64,000 nucleotides of DNA from Amoebophrya sp. A120 (lineage: Eukaryota > Protista > Dinoflagellata). The stretch lies in NCBI GenBank assembly GCA_905178155.1, contig CAJINV010000002.1, positions 2,229,216 to 2,293,215 of the forward strand. Direction: 5' to 3'. Of the stretch, positions 59,792 through 64,000 are shown one piece after another. The notes below the pieces were generated by a model, which saw nothing but the letters and a program-made list of their open reading frames with translations, ran no database searches and was not told the origin of the DNA. The stretch's first letter is position 1. The number at the start of each line of letters is the position of its first letter. A program made the translations under genes and the position numbers.

Positions 59792-61084
59792 TCATTTCTT
59801 CACCCCCAATTTTTTCAAGTAATTTCCACTCAGCTGCAGTCCGGTTTTGTCCATCTTGTTGCCCAAAACCTGCCCCACTTTCCCGACGTTCCGCATTTCC
59901 AAGTGTCCCTGTTTCTTCTGCTTTTTCCGGTTCAACTCCCTTTTCTTCTCCCCCAACCCCGCGTGCCTCGACTTGTGCTTCACGACAGACGTTTGGACCC
60001 CTAAAGCTTCGTCCCTTCGGTTCAACCTCTTGACCTTCTCTTTCCGATTCGCGCACTCCCTCTTCAAAACGTTGAAGGGAATCGCCCCGTGGTGGGGGCT
60101 ATCAAATGCAAAAGTGTCTGGGTCTGGAAGAGTGCCAGCCTTGTCATGCAGGCTTTCCATGACCAATGAGGTCTGGTATGTAGGACATAGCATTACAGAT
60201 TCTGTGATAGTTCTATGATGCCTATTCTGCATGTGAGACTGCATCTCGATTAGGTCACAAGTGGACAGCTTCTGGTAATCACGCAACACAGATTTTTACA
60301 TGATTCAGATCTAACATGACAAGTTCCAACCTTCCAGACCCAGACATTTTTGCATTTGATAGGGGCGGACCTTGCCGCCCAGCGCCTCGAGTTTTGCGTT
60401 CGTGAACTGCCACTTCTTTTTCTTTATGGATTGCAAAAGTGTCTGGGTCTGGAAGAATGCAACTTGTGATGCTATTTTTGGAATCTAAAAAAATCTGTAT
60501 TGCATGAGCAGCAAGAGGCGTCCAGTTTTTGCTCCGCGGAGAGGGCATTTGTCATGCGGGATAGGCATCAAGATACCCGCAAAAAATCTGTCATGCTAGG
60601 TCATGCATTACAGGCCTCATAGCCCATGCGAAATATGCATGACAAACCTGGAAATCTTCCAGACCCAGACATTTTTACATTTGATATTCTTCGAGAGGGA
60701 GGTGTAGGCCAAGTCACGGAGCTCGTTCACGCACGTGTTGAAGTACTTTTTCTCGTCGTCTTTGTCGGAAATGGTGAGGGCATGTTCTGATGTGGGAGCG
60801 GCATGTGAATGAGACCTGTCATGCTGGTGATCAACACGTGCTGCTAGAGTCTTGTCTTGCGCTTGTTCTATTCGTGGCTCCGAGAACATTTTGCTCAAGT
60901 CCCCGCGAAGCCACTGGTTCCGCATCTTCCGTTGGGCTTGCTTGGAAAGGGTCGTGGGGTTTGTCATGTTGATGTTGCCTGGTGTTCTTGTACTACTAGA
61001 ACTATTGGATCCACCTCTGGCTAAATCAGTACTAGAACCGGCCGCTTTTTGTTCTTCAGACTCTGCGTTCATCTTCTCCGACAT
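59792..61084 (-). CDS. Basic protein resembling DUF4602 / C1orf131 / Faf1 (small-subunit processome factor), 3 exons
   Basis: Spliced frame SLSKKKKWQFTNAKLEALGGKVRPHHGAIPFNVLK… and C-terminal VGQVLGNKMDKTGLQLSGNYLKKL follow the DUF4602 pattern. Start assumed at MSEKM. Confidence 0.55.
60100..60361. mobile_element. Introner family A
   Basis: Family A TIRs; TSD ggggc. Confidence 0.92.
60425..60686. mobile_element. Introner family A
   Basis: Family A TIRs; TSD ttctt. Confidence 0.92.
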
Positions 61085-61940
61085 AGCAGCTGCTGCTGTC
61101 CTCTTTGCGTTACTTTTGCTGTGGCTTTCATCAAAAACCGCGTCCAGCTCAGAAGCGTGCGTGGAGGGTCGTTCTTTTCGTGTGTGAAGAACTATTAGGG
61201 GTGAAAAAAATCCATTCGGAGCCCGGCTCCCAAAATGTTTGCTGAAGTAATTCTTGCAAGGGGTGAAAAGTCGATAGGGCCCCGCTTCGCATTCGAGGAG
61301 CAAGGCCGAGCACTCTGCGCGATCTGTGTGCGCGAGCTGTTGCAATGCGGTTGGCGAGACCGTACTCCCATCACTGCTTCACTTCGCAAGCCGTCGCCGA
61401 TGCTGTGGCTGTAGGTTGTAAAGCGCCCCCCGTCGAGCATCAAAAAACACGAGCTGCGACCATTTTGACAGCCTTTTTCTACCTTTCGCCGTTTCGCATA
61501 CATTTGCAGGTATTCAATTTTTTGCTCAAAATTTGTTTGCTCTACTCCTTCAGCGGTGTCCGACAGAAGTCCGGAAAACGCCAAATCCTATTGGGATATT
61601 TGTTTGTTGGACCCACTTGTGGGACTAGTTCAGTTCTTCCAAACTTCACTTGAAGTTCAAATTTGACTTAAAGCTTCAAGCCAAATTTGAACTTCAGCTG
61701 AAGTTTGAAAGAAACTTGCAAGCTCTGCAAGTCACAGAGTCTTGCGAAAGAGCGGGAAACGATGATAAAACGCTCCCAGCTCCTTTTCCGCCCCGAAAGG
61801 CGCATGATCACAAATGAAGGCCCGCAAAAAGGTTCAAAAAATCAAATCGCTACTTTGCAGCGCGAACGCGCTCACAAAGCCGAGCGTCGCAAACTGCTGC
61901 GCGTGTCTTTTTGCGCAGATGCCTTTTTTCTGGCCAGGCT

Positions 61941-62639
61941 TCAAACATTTTGAGAGCCGTTGAGCGGATGGATTTTTTTGAGCCTTAAAACTACACCACT
62001 CTCGACCTCGTCCTGCAACATCGTACTATCCCTTTCTCGTCGCTTCTTCCCGCCCCGCCGCCTCTTTTTGGTTGGTGGTTCCACATGTTGACCCTGCTGT
62101 CCGGCGGTTGCTTGTACTACTGGACGTTGTCCTCGACCGTCTCTCAAAGAGTCGGTCGGTCCACTTGTGCCGGTTGATGTTCCTCGTCGGTCCTGTACAA
62201 GCGCCGCATCGTCTTCTACTGTGGCCGCAAGCTCACAATTGGTCGTGGAGTTATTTCTAACGGCAGTTGATGTTCCGGTTGTACAATGATCTTCGTCTCC
62301 ACCGCTAGCACCAAAGTCGCCAAATCTTGCCGCCAGCCGCTGTTGCAAAAGCGCTTGCAGAAGCAGATCCACACTCTCTTCGTCGCTGTCGCTGCTTGCA
62401 GGGTCTATTTTGTCGTCGATCACTTGTGCATTGCAATTGCTGTCCACACTGTCATCCAAGCAGTCCTGAGGAGCTGGTGCACAATCTGCTCGCCCACTAC
62501 TAGAACCGCTGCTCGCTCGCGCGTGACTTCTTGGTTTCTTCCCTGTCCGCGATATGACGGTGGGCTTCTTTTTCACCCTCATTTTCTGCTCCGAAGATGT
62601 AGTTTTCATGCTGCAATTATGACTTCGAAGTTCTCGCAT
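61941..62639 (-). CDS. Hypothetical protein with an NLS-like basic cluster
   Basis: 232-aa ORF on the same strand as all other genes; composition like its neighbours; PPTKKRRRGGKKRR. Confidence 0.5.
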   Translation of the reverse strand: MRELRSHNCSMKTTSSEQKMRVKKKPTVISRTGKKPRSHARASSGSSSGRADCAPAPQDCLDDSVDSNCNAQVIDDKIDPASSDSDEESVDLLLQALLQQRLAARFGDFGASGGDEDHCTTGTSTAVRNNSTTNCELAATVEDDAALVQDRRGTSTGTSGPTDSLRDGRGQRPVVQATAGQQGQHVEPPTKKRRRGGKKRRERDSTMLQDEVESGVVLRLKKIHPLNGSQNV

Positions 62640-64000
62640 GCTACTCGGAATAAAAGTTCGTCACAATCAAAATGCACACGATGAAGACTAGCGGCGCAAG
62701 AATTCATAAATCAACATCGGTGTCGCTGTTGAATTCGAGTCAAAATCATGATCCGGGTATCAATCAAGTACGCAAAGCACACCACGGCAACGCGGAAAAA
62801 AACGAAATAAAATTGCACACTAATAGAGCTGATCTAGATCTTCCTTCCAAGATGTGGATCGTTGTTCCAGGTGTGGATCCTCGAGGAATTTACTTAGTAG
62901 CGCAGGAGGTAATTGATCAGAAATTTTGATGTGTGCTTTTGATCAATCCAACTCAAATTCAAATAGACATGGAAGATCTCGATTACTACCAACATTCTCG
63001 TCGCGTTGGATCTTCTGTGCGTTTGGCATTTCTTTCTTTCCGATTCCGATGATCTGAGCAGCAAAGACATGCGTTGCTCTTCAACATTTGAATTTTCTGC
63101 GGACCACCTGGAGCTGCTAGTGCGATATCGAACGCGGTTCTTTTCGTGAAGCGAGAACTGTTTCCTTTCCTGAAAAAAGAGGATGAATGTAGTGGTGAAC
63201 TAAATTCAACGATAAAGAAAGAGAGGGTGACATTCGTATTTCGTGTCCAGAATTTTGCTTCTAAGTTGCAGTTTCCTCTTACAACTTCATGCAAAACTCT
63301 CCGGCTGCTGCTGTGGGACGGAAATGAATTCTAGCACATGTCATAGGGGACGAATGCTAGGTCGGGTGAAACAAAATCTGGTCGTGATAGAAACAGGTAC
63401 TTCTACTTCCACTCTAGTTCTAGTAAAAAACAAAGTAAATTCATGAGAAAATGTGAATGACATGAACCTCAAAAGTCCTTCCAGACGGTCTCTTTCCGAT
63501 GTGGGAGTGGATCGTGCAACGTAGACTTACTATGCTGGGCTGCAGCTACAACAGGAATAAGCGCAGCAGTTGTACGGTATGGAGCAGGAGAAATCATGCT
63601 ACGGAAAAGCTACTTAGTTAACTTATGAGTGCGAAATTATATATATGCAAACCTAAAAACTAAATGTAAATCTATCATCTACTGATGTTGATAATCGTGT
63701 GAAAGATGTTGCTTGACCACTTACTAATTTCTTTTTATGCTGTGCGTTTACTATGTGACTCAAACGCTTTGGCGTGCAATCGTGATTGGTTTTGTTCTTG
63801 TTGGTTTTCCTTTCCATTTGAAAGAGATGATCTTCATCTTGATCTTCTATTGGAAAAATAAGAAACCCGTCTAAAACGTAAGTATGGACAACAGTGTGGT
63901 AAAAGACAAATTTAGCTGGAACAAAAATAAATTTCTGAATCTGAACATTGACTACTTCTCACTCGACTTAGAAGGCACGACTCCCTCCCCGTCGCCCTTC

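Noticed and set aside
9214-60548. Recurring short ORFs containing LPDPDIF, CKNVWVWK, FQTQTFL or CAKVSYSY as a protein repeat family
   Set aside because: These are translations of the introner TIRs in various frames on both strands, not proteins.
1901-60686. Ciliate germline DNA with TA-bounded IESs
   Set aside because: TAA and TAG act as stops, GC content is moderate to high, and the duplicated target is a variable 5-mer rather than TA. DNA-level excision remains only a mechanistic hypothesis.
1-64000. rRNA, tRNA or dinoflagellate spliced-leader genes
   Set aside because: None recognised by eye; tRNAscan-SE or Infernal would be needed to exclude them formally.

Overview
Eukaryotic genomic DNA using the standard code, with about 16 protein-coding genes, all on the minus strand. 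Recognisable genes are a POC5-like centriolar protein, a PrimPol-like primase-polymerase, eIF1A and glutamine-dependent NAD+ synthetase, plus a probable mitochondrial bL35 and a DUF4602/Faf1-like protein. The dominant feature is 53 short (about 135-330 bp) MITE-like elements in 9 sequence families. Nearly all end in TAT...ATA terminal inverted repeats (TIRs) and are flanked by a 5-bp target-site duplication (TSD). All sit inside coding sequence and share a repeated GCATNACA motif. In the junctions translated by hand, removing the element plus one TSD copy restores the reading frame, including inside conserved enzymes. Only about 3 of 53 can be drawn as GT-AG introns, and copies occur in both orientations. 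They look like transposon-derived, self-complementary non-canonical introns (introners) alongside a few ordinary GT-AG introns. This architecture matches what is described for the parasitic dinoflagellate Amoebophrya (Syndiniales); that assignment is inference. Also present: two copies of a 718-bp Helentron-like element (one nested inside an introner), a 1.65-kb long-TIR element with an 8-bp TSD, and a 56-bp direct repeat in three copies. Coordinates were read by hand and may be off by a few bases.
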